64,000 nt of DNA from Eledone cirrhosa (taxonomy: Eukaryota). The notes under the pieces were generated by a model that was not told the DNA's origin, did no database searches, and was given only the letters and a program-made list of their open reading frames with translations. Positions 1 to 14,339 of this stretch are shown piece after piece (position 1 is the stretch's first letter; each line of letters begins with the position of its first letter). The position numbers and the translations under genes were made by a program. The DNA lies in NCBI GenBank assembly GCA_964016885.1, contig OZ024745.1:12958001-13022000 (forward strand). Reading direction: 5' to 3'.

Positions 1-644
1 ACATTACTGTTTTATTTATTATATTCTGTTTCGTTTATCATATTAGCCATGAGGTAGAAACTTGTTGAGATTCAATGTGTCATTATTATTTGAACATCAA
101 CTATGCTTTAACCTTTACTTGAAACAGTAAACTAAATATAAACAATCTAGTTTTAGAACTACTGGGCTGGTAGGATGTTTTTAATTTTCACGTTAACTTA
201 AAGTTAGAAGCATAAACGTACGTATTTGGCTGTGAAAAAATAGTTTAAATTAGATACAAAAGTCCCTTGGACGGGCGATGTTCTACAATTTTTCTTGTCA
301 TCTTCAGGAGCTTATATGTCTAAATTATTAAACTGAGTATGTTTTATTACAAATCTCTGGTTAACTGTTTCTTGTTCTTTTTTGAAAATATATAAAGAGC
401 TCTTATATATCATCTATTATATATTTCTTAATGTTTGTCTCTGTGTGCACCCCATCCTTTTACCCCTGATCCCTTAAGTATTTTTTCACATTCCTCATCA
501 CACTTTTTCGCATCCCTTTTTTCATTTGTATGTAGCCGTGATCTTCATCCTTTTGCTGTAGTTATCATCTACTTCTCCGTTACCACTACGGTATTGAATC
601 AATGTTTTACTAACCTACATCTTAATGCCACTCCCTTTCTCTAA

Positions 645-838
645 CAATTGTTTCTATTTTTGGCACAAGGCCAGCAATTATCCTAGTGTATTACTGGTAC
701 TTTATTTTATCGACCCCGTAAGGATGAAAGGCAAAGTTAACCTCGCCGGGATTTGAACTCAGAATGGCAAGGGCCGTAACTCTTTACTGCAAAGTATGGC
801 GTCCGACCCTCTACCGATACTGCCAATCCACCGCCCTT
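645..838 (-). mobile_element. tRNA-derived SINE with Nin/Deu-like core (family A)
   Basis: Minus strand reads GGGCGGTGGATTGGCAGTATCGGTAGAG (A-box-like) ... GAGTTCAAATCCC (B-box), then TTTGCCTTTCATCCTTACGGGGTCGATAAAATAAAGTACCAG; near-identical copies recur in the window. Confidence 0.85.
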
Positions 839-1669
839 TCTCTAATAATGTTACTACCTCTTATTTCCACTTTCCCATCTCTTTGTCTTTCCACTCACTT
901 TTGCTTTCTATCCACCCCATTCTCTCTCATATTCCTTCCAGTCTTCCCTAACCGCTAGGTTATCTGCCTTCTTTCTTTTTAACTTTAAATTACATTTGTT
1001 TTTTTTTCTCTTGTTTTTTTTTACAAAGGTCCAAGCTAAAAAATTTGGTAGGAAAGACTAGTCGATTACATCGAGCAATTCTTGACTAGTACTTATTTTA
1101 TTGGCCCCAGAAGGAGGAACTGCCTCAATAAAGCCACAGAAAAGCCATCTGTCAATTACGATATCCCCTCCACCGTTGTCACCTTCACTTTAGCTTTCTT
1201 TTAACTTTTCTTACTGACACTCTCTACTTCATACTATTACATTTTATTTACACTCCTCCACTTCTGCTTTTCTCTTTCATTCTTCGGATTGCCTTTCTCT
1301 CCCACTTTCTAACCCCCCTCACTACTATATATATATCTCATATTCTTCCAATCTGAACTAATGAATGTATACTTTGCGATCCCCAGAGAAATGGAAGGTA
1401 GGACTGCTTCTGTTTATATTTTGAACTCATAACCTGGAAGGACGAAACTATATGATTCGATTCTATGTGGCAACCACTGTACTCTCCATGCGCAACATAT
1501 TCAATACCCTTAGGTATGGCTGAAACACCACAATATCCCAATATTCGTCTCTTATCCATTTGAGACGACAATTAGTATTTAATAATTAAAACATATAGAC
1601 ACGAACACAAACAGTCAGGGTACTTTTGTATTTCAAACTGTTCAGAGCTGTACACTCACTCGTAAATTC

Positions 1670-2290
1670 ACATTGGTCATAATTTCAGATTGGTCATAGT
1701 TCCATACTGATCCTAGGCATACACTGATCATAGGGTCATACTAATCATAGTTGCAGACTAGTTATAGATCTACACAGATCATAGCTCCACAACAGTCATA
1801 GGTGTACACTTCTTCTGTCCCTAACTTCAGATTAGTCATATTTTCACTCTGATCAACACTAGTCTTAAGTCAACATTGGTTATAGGTCCATAATTCTCCT
1901 AGATTTATACTGGTACTAGTTATAGGTCCACATCTATCACAGTTTCACAATGATTAATACTTGTCATAAATTCACACTGGTCATAAGACAACACTGGTTC
2001 TAGGTCTACGCTGATCCTAGTCACAGGTTGACATTGATCATAGCTTACAATGATTAGCACTATTCATAAGTCCACAATAGTCATAAGTCAACACTGATCA
2101 TAGGCCTGTATATGCTGGTTCAAGACATAAGTTAACATTGATCATAAGTTCACACTGATTATCATAAATCATAAGCTGATACTGGTCATAAACCCACTTT
2201 GACAATAAATTTGTTTACACCGGTCCTGATCTCACACTGATAATCGATTAATACTAATTATATGTCGATACTGATCAAAGATCCATTAGA
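1670..2290. repeat. Degenerate ~20-bp tandem repeat (CACACTGATCATAG-like)
   Basis: Recurring ACTGATCATAG/ACTGGTCATAA motifs at roughly 20-bp spacing. Confidence 0.6.
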
Positions 2291-2469
2291 TCCACGTAAT
2301 GATTCCTTGTTTGGCACAATAATTCATTGAAAAGTCACTGGAGATGCATGCTGGTTCTATATTCTGGCAGTTTCCACGGTTAGCACGGGACCCAAGCCAT
2401 CACAATTTTGTTGTAAGTCACAAATACACCTTTGTTGGGTTTACTGAAAATATATAAACATAAATAATA

Positions 2470-2661
2470 TAATTGTTTCTACTTTTGGCACAAGGCCAGC
2501 AATTACCCAGTGCATTACTGGTACTTTATTTTATCGACCCCGTAAGGATGAAAGGCAAAGTTAACCTCGGCGGGATTTGAACTCAGAATGGCAAGGGCCG
2601 TAACTCTATGCGTCAAAGCATGGCGCCCGACCCTCTACCGGTACTGCCAATCCACCGCCCT
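2470..2661 (-). mobile_element. SINE family A copy
   Basis: Near-identical to 645-838. Confidence 0.85.
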
Positions 2662-2699
2662 TTTTCGACTTACAGTAATACGCCAGCTTCAGCATTCAC

Positions 2700-3150
2700 T
2701 AATCAAAAGAAGGTAGTTTGGCATAAAAGTCAAACTCGCTATCTTCAATTTGGTATTCGTTCCAATTCTTACCTATGGTCATGAATATTGAGTAATGACC
2801 AAAAGAATACGATCGCGAATACAAGCGGCCGAAATGGGGTTCATCCAAAAGGTCTTTGGAGTAATGTTACTCGATAGAGTGCGTAGCTCTGAGATCAGAG
2901 TCACTCCAGGTAGAGTTGCTACTTCTCCCAATTGAGAGATCACAGCTCCGATACTATGGGCATGTGCTTAGAATGTCTCAGGAAAGAATTTCTGGACATA
3001 TTTTACCGGTAAAGTCCACCGGTAGGAGGCCCAGGGATAGACCCCGAGCAAGGACTGTTGGATATCATCCATGAGCTTGGCTGGTCTCACTTGGGGATCC
3101 AGTCGGATTAGTTGGAGATGGTTGCTTCTGACAGGAAATTTGTGGCCGTA
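2700..3150 (+). mobile_element. RTE-clade (Rex3-like) LINE 3' fragment, degenerate
   Basis: Translates KVKLAIFNLVFVPILTYGHEY*VMTKRIRSRIQAAEMGF...DRVRSSEIR / LLLLPIERSQLRYYGHVLRM...GRRP, the C-terminal motifs of RTE ORFs, with a stop and a frameshift. Confidence 0.85.
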
Positions 3151-3483
3151 CATTACAATTTCCCCAAATGTTTGGGGATGCCTGTGTATATATATATATA
3201 TATATACACACACATGTATGTGTGTGTATATATATATATATATTCACACACATACATGTGTGTGTGTGTGTGTGTGTGTGTGAATATAGCCTATATCATT
3301 CGTTTTGATACAGGCTGTATATGAAGTCTAAAAATGTTTAGATAGAATGGAAGAATGGTCTTACCACTTGAAATACCTGCATCCTTCAAACACCCCGTCA
3401 TGTTTACCATCTGTAAATAAAGAATAGATTATTAACAATCCTTCCGTCAATATGTTTCTTATTACTATTATACACAGGAGGGA

Positions 3484-3700
3484 GGGCGGTGGGTTGGCAG
3501 TATCGGTAGAGGGTCGGACGTCATGCTTTGCAGCATAGAATTACGGCTCTTTATGATCTAAGCTCAAATCCCGCCGAGGTTAACTTTGCCTTTCATCCTT
3601 ATGGAGTCGATAAAATAAAGTACCAGTCACGCACTGGGGTCGATTTAATCGACTTTCCCCTCCCCCCAAATTACTGGCCTTGTGCCTATATAAGAAACCA
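3484..3700 (+). mobile_element. SINE family A copy
   Basis: GGGCGGTGGGTTGGCAGTATCGGTAGAG head and TTTGCCTTTCATCC...GTCGATAAAATAAAGTACCAG core. Confidence 0.85.
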
Positions 3701-3944
3701 TTATATACAGGAGGATCAGTTGACTATGATTTTATTCAACATATTCCCCTCTCAGATTCACACACTTATTGCAGATGTCCTACCTCCTTTGTAAAGGTAA
3801 CAGCTCTACCATTTCGGGATACCATTAAGCCAGAAACTTTTCAGCACCCGGTATACTTAAGCTCCCTCTCCCCAATCCCCAAAACTGTAACGGAAGTGCT
3901 CTTAATAAATTAATAACTGTTAATAAATTAATAAGGCATGACTC

Positions 3945-4120
3945 CAACAATTTTGGTGAAAGGGAAAGTCAATTACAACGACCCCAGAACTTCACTGGTA
4001 CTTTATTGGATCGATCCTGGAAGGATGAAGGGCAAAGTTGACCTCATCCGAATTTGCTCTGGAAGCATAAACAAATAACGCAGGACATATTTTCCAACGT
4101 CAAACGATTCTGCCAGCCCA
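3945..4120 (-). mobile_element. Diverged SINE family A copy
   Basis: ACTGGTACTTTATTGGATCGATCCTGGAAGGATGAAGGGCAAAGTTGACC. Confidence 0.7.
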
Positions 4121-4659
4121 CAGCTCACTTTAAGCTAATAATAGTGATTATATAAGAAAGAACTTTGATAAATTATAATTATAAACATTGATTGCCAGCT
4201 AAATTATTTATAAAAATAAACTGAAGCAAAATCCCAACCAAACAGTGAATGTGTTTTACTACTTTTGCCAATATTAGGACAACATGACCCTCCCCAAATA
4301 TAAAATTGGGATGATATTATACAATTTTTTACATACCGTCTTGGTGAAGTTCAACTCCTATATAAGTATCGGAGCGACCAGAGAGTGGGCCAACAAACTT
4401 CACAATCCCTTGTGATATTTTACCACCATGTTTCGAGAATTTCACAATATCTCCCAAATGAATGTCGTCTGGTGACTGAGGAACATAAGGTCTTTTGCCC
4501 TTGGTCAATGCCCATTGCCTGTCAAGAAGAGATCATATCATCATCATCATTTTACGTCCGCTTTTCCCTGCTTGCATGGGTAGGACGGGAATTGATTCTG
4601 GCTTGATTTCTACAGCTGGATCCCTATTGATTTATACAGCTGGATCCCTGGTGATTTAA

Positions 4660-4828
4660 TGATAGGGACCCCAGTCCTATCATCTCATTTTTACAGCTGA
4701 GTAAACTGGAGCAATGTGAAATAAAGTGTCTTGCTCAAGGAAACAACACATCACCTGGTCTGAGAATTGAACTCACAACATTTCGATTGCAAGGCCAATG
4801 CTCTAACCATTAAGCCATGTACCTCCAT
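4660..4828 (-). mobile_element. tRNA-derived SINE family B (Meta-domain-like core)
   Basis: Minus strand TGGCTTAATGGTTAGAGC...GTTCAATTC...CCTTGAGCAAGACACTTTATTTCACATTGCTCCAGTTTACTCAGCTG; related copies at 14340-14600 and 27278-27440. Confidence 0.75.
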
Positions 4829-5181
4829 ATATAAGTAATAAGTCAGTGATAAGATGTTTAATGGAGAGGGACATTCAAAAATTAGCTACAGATAACTACG
4901 TGATGATACGAGGTTCAATTAAATCTCCCAGATACCGGCTAGGCGCTTTGAAACAATATATATATATATTTATATCCTAGCATGGCCTTAGCCTGTTGGC
5001 TGGAACAGGTAAAAGAGTATATATATATATATATATAAAGTGAAATAAAATGTTATTTTATTTCACTATAATATACTCTGTCTAGCTCTACACCTCGACA
5101 CTGAAGTGAACCTAAACATCGAGTGCTCAGCCGGATGAACCTACAGTTACTCCAAGTTACACTCCCTGGATACATATATAT

Positions 5182-5212
<31 letters not shown>

Positions 5213-5456
5213 TATATATATGTATATGTATATATATGTAAAAGGTAAACAGAAATAACAACACAATTGGTACAGTATATGGAAGGAATATATTAGGTTA
5301 ACGCTTGAAATAGCAGGAAGAGGGTTTTAACGTTTCGGACGCTAGTACTTCACCAGAAGAAAGAATGAGAAATAAGATAGATTGAGAGGACGGGCGGGTT
5401 GGAATTGGAAAAAAAGTCTTTACATAAAAATAACAGGTCCATTCATGCTGACATCT

Positions 5457-5577
<121 letters not shown>

Positions 5578-5719
5578 GATATTAATAAATGGAAACTATG
5601 TTTATAAAACCATATTTATTTCATTATACATATTTCAAGGACACCAAGTTAAATTATGGTGTGCTTTCATCAGATAAAATATAATATAGAACAGTTTTAT
5701 AAATAAATATTGACATACC

Positions 5720-6270
5720 CTTAAAGCTCTTGACAAATGCTTCCCTAGAACACATAGGTATTACTCAATTTTTAATAGACATACTATAAAATTAACTTAT
5801 TCTTCCACCAAAAATTTAGCGCAAAATATTAATAGAATTAATAATAGAAATTTAAAACCTAACCAAAATACCAATAATAATCCAGGCAATATCCAATTTG
5901 ATAAATGTAACTGTAGAAATAAATCTAACTGTCCGTTAAATAACAATTGCTTAGCTAAAAATATAGTATATAATTGTAATGTAAAAACTAATTTAAATTC
6001 ATTTAACTATGTGGGATACACTTCCACAGAGTTTAAATCCCGCTTCAATAATCATAAAAATTCTTTTACAGATCTAAACAAAAAATCTTCAACTTCTCTA
6101 TCTAGCCTATTATGGGACCTAAAACTAGAGAACGTTGAATATTCGTTGATTTGGAATATTATTTCAAAAGCTACACCTTTTAACTCCTCTTCAGAAAACT
6201 TAAGGAATAATTTATTCAGTTGCTGTAGACATAGATTAAACTCAACGTTTAAATATAAATTTAAAATGTA
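5720..6270 (+). mobile_element. Penelope-like element C-terminal linker and GIY-YIG endonuclease remnant
   Basis: Translates LKALDKCFPRTHRYYSIFNRHTIKLTYSSTKNL...CNCRNKSNCPLNNNCLAKNIVYNCNV...YVGYTSTEFKSRFNNHKNSF; Cys-rich linker plus IVY...YVG..T..F..R...H GIY-YIG signature. Confidence 0.85.
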
Positions 6271-7077
6271 ATATATAAATAATTAATTAATTCTATTAAT
6301 ATATTGGACCTGTCGATAAATCATTATATTCCTTCATCTTTTTTGACTGATTATACACTCAAGTAAAAATAACTTTTCTTCCTAAATATAAATAAATATA
6401 ATAAACTATTCTAGAGAAATATACTGAGGGCTCTTGAAATGAGAAAATATTTCTTATATTTTTTATTATTTATTATTTGATAGTTTCTCCTATTTTCGAA
6501 AGTTTATCCTTTCAAAGTTTGTTTATTTCTCTTATGAATATAAAATTAAGGTAAATGTACGTAGAAAATTTCTATACTAAATCTATTAAACATACTATTA
6601 TTTTGAAATTATAACTTGAAAATATTCTATAATATTTTAAAGTTATATTGTTTTTAAAGTTATATTGCTTATAATTATATTTCCAAATCGTAATATAATT
6701 CTTTTGTATTTTATGTACTTCAATTATACTTCTCTCTCTATATGTGTGTATATATGTATATGTGTGTATTGACATACATGTACATATGTTTTATGCGTGT
6801 ATATCTATCTGTATGTATATATATACGTGATGCGTATCTACCTATTTGTGTGGGTACATATATGTATGTAGATGTGGGAATTGTGTATGTACATGTGCGT
6901 GTATATCCATACAGTTAGATTGCACTTATGTATAGTGATTATCCCAAGATTCGTGACAAATAGACATATAATAACAGCCATAAATACATAACAGGTAATC
7001 TTATAAAACTTATATTAAAAAAATGTTGTTTAATAACATAAAGTATGTATAACATAAAATTTCCTTTAATATCTTAA

Positions 7078-7312
7078 CCGTTTCGACGGCTATTTCTGGA
7101 CTCGAGAAATAGCTGTCGAAACGGCTTGAGCTCTGCCGTCGGAGTCCTGAACCTTTTCCTATTACTCATTCTACTACCCTAAGTATCGAGTACTCTGGTG
7201 CGTTATGGTCCATCTGGTTCCTTACCACATTTCCTTCGTTATATATATATAGAGAGTCCAGAAATAGCCGTCGAGACGGCTTGAGCTCTGCCGTCGGGTT
7301 CCTCAACATTTT

Positions 7313-7395
<83 letters not shown>

Positions 7396-7728
7396 CCTTC
7401 AGTCGACCACGTATAAAGCCTGAGAAAATAATGTTTTTAGTGAATGACAAATACAATTAATTTCAATAAACTGTTTGTCTTAATGTTTAATCCATGGCTG
7501 ATTGTTAAAACTGTATTTGAATGACAACGTGTGTTGGTCGTGTGGGGACATCTGTATCTCTATACACAAGTTTATCTTGATTAATGTTTTATGTGTTTGT
7601 TTACATGCTACAATTTCTATGTCTTCTGTTTATATGACAGTGTGTCTATGTGTGTATGTTTGTATGTGTGTGTTTATGTTTGTGTCCATATCTGCGTGTG
7701 TGTATATGCATATATGTATATATATATA

Positions 7729-7795
<67 letters not shown>

Positions 7796-8003
7796 CGAAT
7801 GAAATGTGGTAAGGAACCAGATGGACCATAACGCACCAAAGTACTCAATACTTAGGGTAGTAGAGTGGGTAATAGGAACAAGAATGACCCCGACGGCACA
7901 GCTCAAGCCGTTTCGACGGCTAATTCTGGACATACACATACACTAGGTCCAGAATTAGCCGTCGAAACGGCTTGAACTCTGCCGTCGGGGTCATACTTGT
8001 TCC

Positions 8004-8054
<51 letters not shown>

Positions 8055-8265
8055 CTTTCTCCCGAATGAAACAGTTCTAGTCCTGTAGAAGCCATTTCTA
8101 TATATATATATATATATACATGTGGAAGCTTAGTAAAATCGAAGCTTTGGCTGTGAGCAAGCAAAGTCGACCTACAATATGAATGAGTTACCAAGCACTC
8201 AATAAGGGTAGGTCCTCAGAGTAATAACATACGTTTAAATAGCTTGGCAAATTGAACATTGTGGT

Positions 8266-8339
<74 letters not shown>

Positions 8340-8594
8340 AACAATTTAAATACCTTATGTTTGGAATTCCATATATATGTATATATATATAGGAACCAGT
8401 AAGACCCCGACGGCTGAGCTCAAGCCGTTTCGACGGCTAATTCTGGACGCTAATTCAGTCCAGAATTAGCCGTCGAAACGGCTTGAACTCAGCCGTCGGG
8501 GTCTTAATGGTTCCTATTACCCACTCTACTACCCCAAGTATTGAGTACTTTGGTGCGTTATGGTCCACCTGGTTCCTTACCACATTTCCTTCGT

Positions 8595-8595
<1 letters not shown>
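7078..8595. repeat. Cluster of ~140-bp dispersed elements in head-to-head pairs embedded in (TA)n
   Basis: Copies of GTCCAGAATTAGCCGTCGAAACGGCTTGA(A/G)CTC(T/A)GCCGTCGGGG...GGTTCCTTACCACATTTCCTTCGTT at ~7105(+), 7257(+, partial), 7795(-), 7947(+, partial), 8392(-, partial) and 8458(+). Confidence 0.85.
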
Positions 8596-8656
<61 letters not shown>

Positions 8657-8818
8657 TGTATGTATATATTTGTGTGTGTGAGTGTGTGTGTATATGTATG
8701 TGTGCGTATATGTATGTTTGCGAGCACTTGTGTATGTGTATGTCCCAAGTTTTCATCTAAGTGTGCATATGAATGTAAATATATGTGTATGCATGTATAT
8801 TTATATATATGCGCGCAT

Positions 8819-8850
<32 letters not shown>

Positions 8851-8897
8851 CCATATTTTTTTTTTGATGTACACGAGTAGTTGATTTGTAATCTCAC

Positions 8898-9072
8898 CGT
8901 TTGCTTGATTCGCTTCCGGTCACAAACTTCCGGTTCGCTAGTTTTTCTTGTACATTTTTCAGTTTGTTCATGTGAGTGAACTGCGTGGGGTGAGAAGAGT
9001 GCAGGCTAGCGGTTCTGTTCTCTGGCACAATGGAATCGACTTGAAGTGAATCGGAAACAACAGGGCTCTTCA
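8898..9072 (-). CDS. Candidate internal exon of an unidentified gene
   Basis: TTTTCAG acceptor and CG|GTGAGA donor on the minus strand bracket 175 nt with a single open frame (KSPVVSDSLQVDSIVPEN...KLANRKFVTGSESSK); no recognisable domain. Confidence 0.4.
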
Positions 9073-9097
9073 CTGAAAACATATTAAAACTGATTTC

Positions 9098-10590
9098 AAT
9101 TCTGTTTATTCTACCAATACTGCCTAGTCTGTTTATACTGACAATTCTGTTTATTCTACCAATACTGCCTAGTCTGTTTATACTGACAATTCTGTTTATT
9201 CTACCAATACTGCCTAGTCTGTTTATACTGACAATTCTGTTTATTCTACCAATACTGCCTAGCCTGCCTATACTGACAATTCTGTTTATTCTACCAATAC
9301 TGCCTAGTCTGCCTATACTGCCAATTCTGTTTATTCTACCAATACTGACTAGTCTACCTATACTGACAATTCTGTTTATTCTACCAATACTGCCTAGCCT
9401 GCCTATACTGACAATTCTGTTTATTCTACCAATACTGCCTAGTCCGTTTATACTGACAATTATGTTTATTCTACCAATACTGCCTAGTCTGTTTATACTG
9501 GCAATTCTGTTTATTCTACCAATACTGCCTAGCCTGCCTATACTGACAATTCTGTTTATTCTACCAATACTGCCTAGTCTGCCTATACTGACAATTCTGT
9601 TTATTCTACCAATACTGCCTAGCCTGCCTATACTGACAATTCTGTTTATTCTACCAATACTGCCTAGTCTGCCTATACTGACAATTCTGTTTATTCTACC
9701 AATACTGCCTAGCCTGCCTATACTGACTATTCTGTTTATTCTACCTCTACAGCTTAGTCTACCTATACTGACAATTCTGTTTATTCTACCTATACAGCTT
9801 AGTCTACCTATACTGCCAATTCTGTTTATTCTACCTAATACTGCCTTGTCTACCTATACTGATAATTCTGTTTATTCTACCAATACTGCCTAGCCTGCCT
9901 ATAATGACTATTCTGTTTATTCTACCTATACAGCTTAGTCTACCTATACTGACAATTCTGTTTATTCTACCTATACAGCTTAGTCTACCTATACTGACAA
10001 TTCTGTTTATTCTACCTATACAGCTTAGTCTACCTATACTGCCAATTCTGTTTATTCTAGCAATAATGCCTTGTCTACCTATACTGATAATTCTGTTTAT
10101 TCTACCAATACTGCCTAGCCTGCCTATACTGACAATTGTGTTTATTCTACCAATACTGCCTAGTCTACCTATACTGACAATTCTGTTTATTCTACCTATA
10201 CTGCCTAGTCTGCCTACACTGACAATTCTGTTTATTCTACCAATACTGCCTAGCCTGCCTATACTGACAATTCTGTTTATTCTACCAATACTGCCTAGTC
10301 TACCTATACTGACAATTCTGTTTATTCTACCAATACTGCCTAGTCTGCCAATACTGACAATTCTGTTTATTCTACCTATACTGCCTAGCCTGCCTATACT
10401 GATAATTCTGTTTATTCTACCAATACTGGCTAGCCTGCCTATACTGCCAATTCTGTTTATTCTACCAATACTGCCTAGCCTGCCTATACTGACAATTCTG
10501 TTTATTCTACCAATACTGCCTAGTCTGCCTATACTGACAATTCTGTTTATTCTACCAATACTGCCTAGTCTGTTTATACTGACAATACTA
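9098..10590. repeat. 45-bp minisatellite (~33 copies)
   Basis: Unit CAATTCTGTTTATTCTACCAATACTGCCTAGTCTGCCTATACTGA. Confidence 0.95.
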
Positions 10591-10858
10591 CCTATTCTTC
10601 TTATCTATCTGTTAACTAAATCCCAGTAGTATAAAGTGGTTTTGTATCAATAAATTATGTTCCTCTTCTACAAATGGCGGTGTGTGGGAGGAACGAAAGT
10701 GGTTTCTCATATTTCACTGTAGTAATATTGTAAGAGATGAATGATCACCAGTTCTCTCTAACAAACCTCCATACAGATACACGATGATCGAATCGTAGAA
10801 AACTGATCAAGTAATCGATATTCGTTATTTCACTGATGTCACTAACATATTTCAAACA

Positions 10859-10926
<68 letters not shown>

Positions 10927-11849
10927 GTCTCCTCTGATCTCGCAATCTTCCCTGACAAAGGTCACCACCTTTAAACTCTCTATTTCACTATGCTTGTTGA
11001 CACCATTAACATCGTTATCAGATTCTACCAACATATTAAGTGATGTCACACCAGTAGACATCCTAACAAGCTAACATAACATACTTGAATCAGAGTTTGA
11101 AACGCGGCAGTTGTTGAGGTTCAAGGAAGATCAATGAAGGCTCAAGCAGAACATTTCTCTCATTAGAATTTAGACAACTTCATACAGTTGAGTGTTGGAA
11201 AAGATTTTTTTAAATTGATATTCATTTGTCGACAGAGAATAATTGATTGTACACACTACAGGCTCAAACATTGGTGATTGTGAAGTTCGATTTGCAGTCA
11301 CTTCTGAATCCGATCCCACTGCGCAGGACTTACTACGAGGGTCCAGTGAAAAGTTCATAAGTTGACTATGAAGGAGTGATGCTAGAGCTGTGAAATCTTG
11401 CATGCATTGATTTCAACTCTTCTTATCAATAACTGCATTGTTTCTTTCCAAGGTCTGTGTTGCAAAAAATAAACCTCATTTGGTCATTCCATGAGAGTAT
11501 CTTGGTCAACCTATGAAATGTTCAGTCGATCCTCGTATTATAAGCTCGAGTTAACCGTCATTACAACTTGGGTAGAATTAAGTAGATGAGACCCATGTAG
11601 AAATCTGCTCGAGCTATATGCAGTTATTTTCAAACATATTGGGAAACACGTTGCTTGTGTTTCTGGACCCGTAACTCCTGATAGAGTGACATGGGTGCCG
11701 TTGGGGGCCTTTTCTAAACTTTGCTAAGCCCATCTCTTCTCCAAGTCTGAACACAGCTGAGAAAGATTGAGAGTGAGAGAATGAAAGTGAGAAAGAAATA
11801 TATAGAGAATGATAGAGAGGGGTGAGAAAGAAAAGTGATATAGAAGAAT

Positions 11850-11960
11850 TGACTCCAGTACTGGGCTGATACTTTTTTATCGACCTCAAATGGAAGAAAG
11901 GCAAAGTTGATTTCGGCAGGTTTTGAACTGACGGAGCTGAGGGCTGGAACGATTGCCACA
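11850..11960 (-). mobile_element. Diverged SINE family A fragment
   Basis: TACTTTTTTATCGACCTCAAATGGAAGAAAGGCAAAGTTGA. Confidence 0.6.
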
Positions 11961-12142
11961 AAGTATTCTATCCAACGTCACAAATTATACAAATGAGGTT
12001 TCTAAACATTCAATACTTAACTCCAAGAGGAAGAAAAACAATAAGTACTATTCATAAAACAGAAGGATTGTTGATAAACAACAGAGAAACTATAACATAG
12101 ACGAGGGCACTCTCTCTCACACACACACGCGCGCGCGCATGT

Positions 12143-12225
<83 letters not shown>

Positions 12226-12759
12226 CTTAAGAAAATTAATAGACAGTGGACAAGACAACGAACCGAAAAAAGGCAAAACGAAAAGCAATATTTTAAGGGG
12301 AAACCTTAAAAAAGAATAGAATCAAGAATGTCACCAATTGATAGCCGCAACTTGACAGAAACCAGATATTAAAGAGGTTTTGTTTTTTGTTTTTTGTCTA
12401 CTGTTTTCAGTTATTGCTGCACTGGAAGCATGTTATAAAGGTACAAAATATACATAAAAGATATTGTTATAAAGATATTGTTATAAAGCTACCAACTAAA
12501 CCAGTTTATATTATCTTTTGTACTTCAGTATCCTGTCATAAGCAAGCAGTTGCTGAAAAGAGGCGTAAATACTGAAATACGTATGAAGCGCTCTTACAGT
12601 CATAGTATGGTAGTTGTGATATGATACATAGTATGTGATATGATCACAGCTTAAAATACTCATAGCGAGACTATATATATGATTATTATACATAAACATA
12701 TTGTATATGGGTCTATATACGCCTTTATTCTGAACCACACCATGTTAGTGCTATCACTA

Positions 12760-12845
<86 letters not shown>

Positions 12846-13371
12846 AGTGCTTAAACATAAATCGATTTATATCTATGTACTCATAAACTTCTAAATCTAT
12901 AAATTACGGTTTAAACTTTCCTGTCGGTCAAAATACGTGCGCGCGCGTGTGTGTGTGTGTGAGTATGTACATACATGCATACATGCAACATACATACATA
13001 CACACACACATACATACATACATACATACACACATACATAGAAGACAGTGTGAATAATGAGTCCCATAAAACCTCTTCTAAATGATGTTCCTACTATTTG
13101 AAGTTATTACAGCATATAAAATATGCTAATTGCTGCCAAAACATTGAAAATATGCCATCAAATTTTTCAAAAGCGATTTTCAACTTTTTAAATTTAATTA
13201 AATACCGAGAAACAATGAAACGTATTTATTGTAATAAATTATTTTATATGAGATGCACATATTTTAATTTTCATGCAGCAAAAAAGAAAACACACGCAAT
13301 CCTATTTAGTGAGAAAAAAAGGCGACGAATTGGTGAGTACAGACGTTGTAAGTTTGGGGGGTGGAAGATGG

Positions 13372-14225
13372 CGACGTTGGAACGTCGGGTGGAAGATTGA
13401 GACGTTAGAAGGTCGGGTGAAAGATAGAGACGTTAGAACGTCGGGTGAAAGATAGAGACGTTAGAACGTCAGGTAGAAGATAGAGATGTTAGAACGTCGG
13501 GTGGAAGATAGAGATGTTAGAACGTCAGGTGGAAGATAGACGTTAGAACGTCGGGTGGAAGATAGAGACGTTAGAATTCGGGTAGAACATAGACGTTAGA
13601 ATGTCGGGTGGAATATAGATAGTTAGAACGTCGGGTGGAAGATAGATACGTTAGAATGTCGCGTAGAAGATAGAGACGTTAGATCGTCGGGTGGAAGATA
13701 GAGACGTTAGAATGTCGCGTAGAAGATAGAGACGTTAGATCGTCGGGTGGAAGATAGACGTTAGAACTTCTTGTGGAAGATTGACGTTAGAACGTCGGGT
13801 GGAAGATAGAGACGTCTGAACGTCGGGTAGACGATAGAGACGTTAGATTGTCGGGTAGAAGATAGAGACGTTACAACGTCGGGTAGAATATAGACGTTAG
13901 AACGTCGGGTGGAAGATAGAGACGTTAGAACGTCGGGTAGAAGATTGAGACGTTACAATGTCGCGTAGAAGATAGAGACGTTAGATCGTCGGGTGGAAGA
14001 TAGAGACGTTAGAATGTCGGGTAGAAGATAGAGACGTTAGATCGTCGGATGGAAGATGGAGACGTTAGAACGTCGGGTGGAAGATAGAGACGTTAGAACG
14101 TCGGGTAGAAGATAAACGTTAGAATGTCGGGTAGAAGATAGAGACGTTAGATCGTCGGGTGGAAGATAGAGACGTTAGAACGTCGGGTGGAAGATAAACG
14201 TTAGAACGTCGGGTGGAAGATAGAG
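13372..14225. repeat. 28-bp minisatellite (26-bp variants)
   Basis: Unit GACGTTAGAACGTCGGGTGGAAGATAGA. Confidence 0.95.
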
Positions 14226-14339
14226 TCAACGAAATCAAAATTCGTCTAAATGACTAGTAATAGTTGAATACTATGAATAAGAGTTGAGAAAATCGGGTAA
14301 AGTATCCCTGAGACGCAGGAAAGAAAGAGAGTTTGTCTG

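Noticed and set aside
645-838. tRNA gene
   Set aside because: A/B boxes are present but there is no cloverleaf, and it is attached to a repeated SINE body
1338-1571. 77-aa minus-strand ORF
   Set aside because: No recognisable motif or convincing exon boundaries
9462-10629. Hydrophobic ILFILPILPSLP ORFs
   Set aside because: 45-bp minisatellite translation, broken by a 1-bp insertion
11085-11454. Minus-strand segment with splice-like boundaries and a 77-aa ORF
   Set aside because: Stops in all three frames across the putative exon; no recognisable homology
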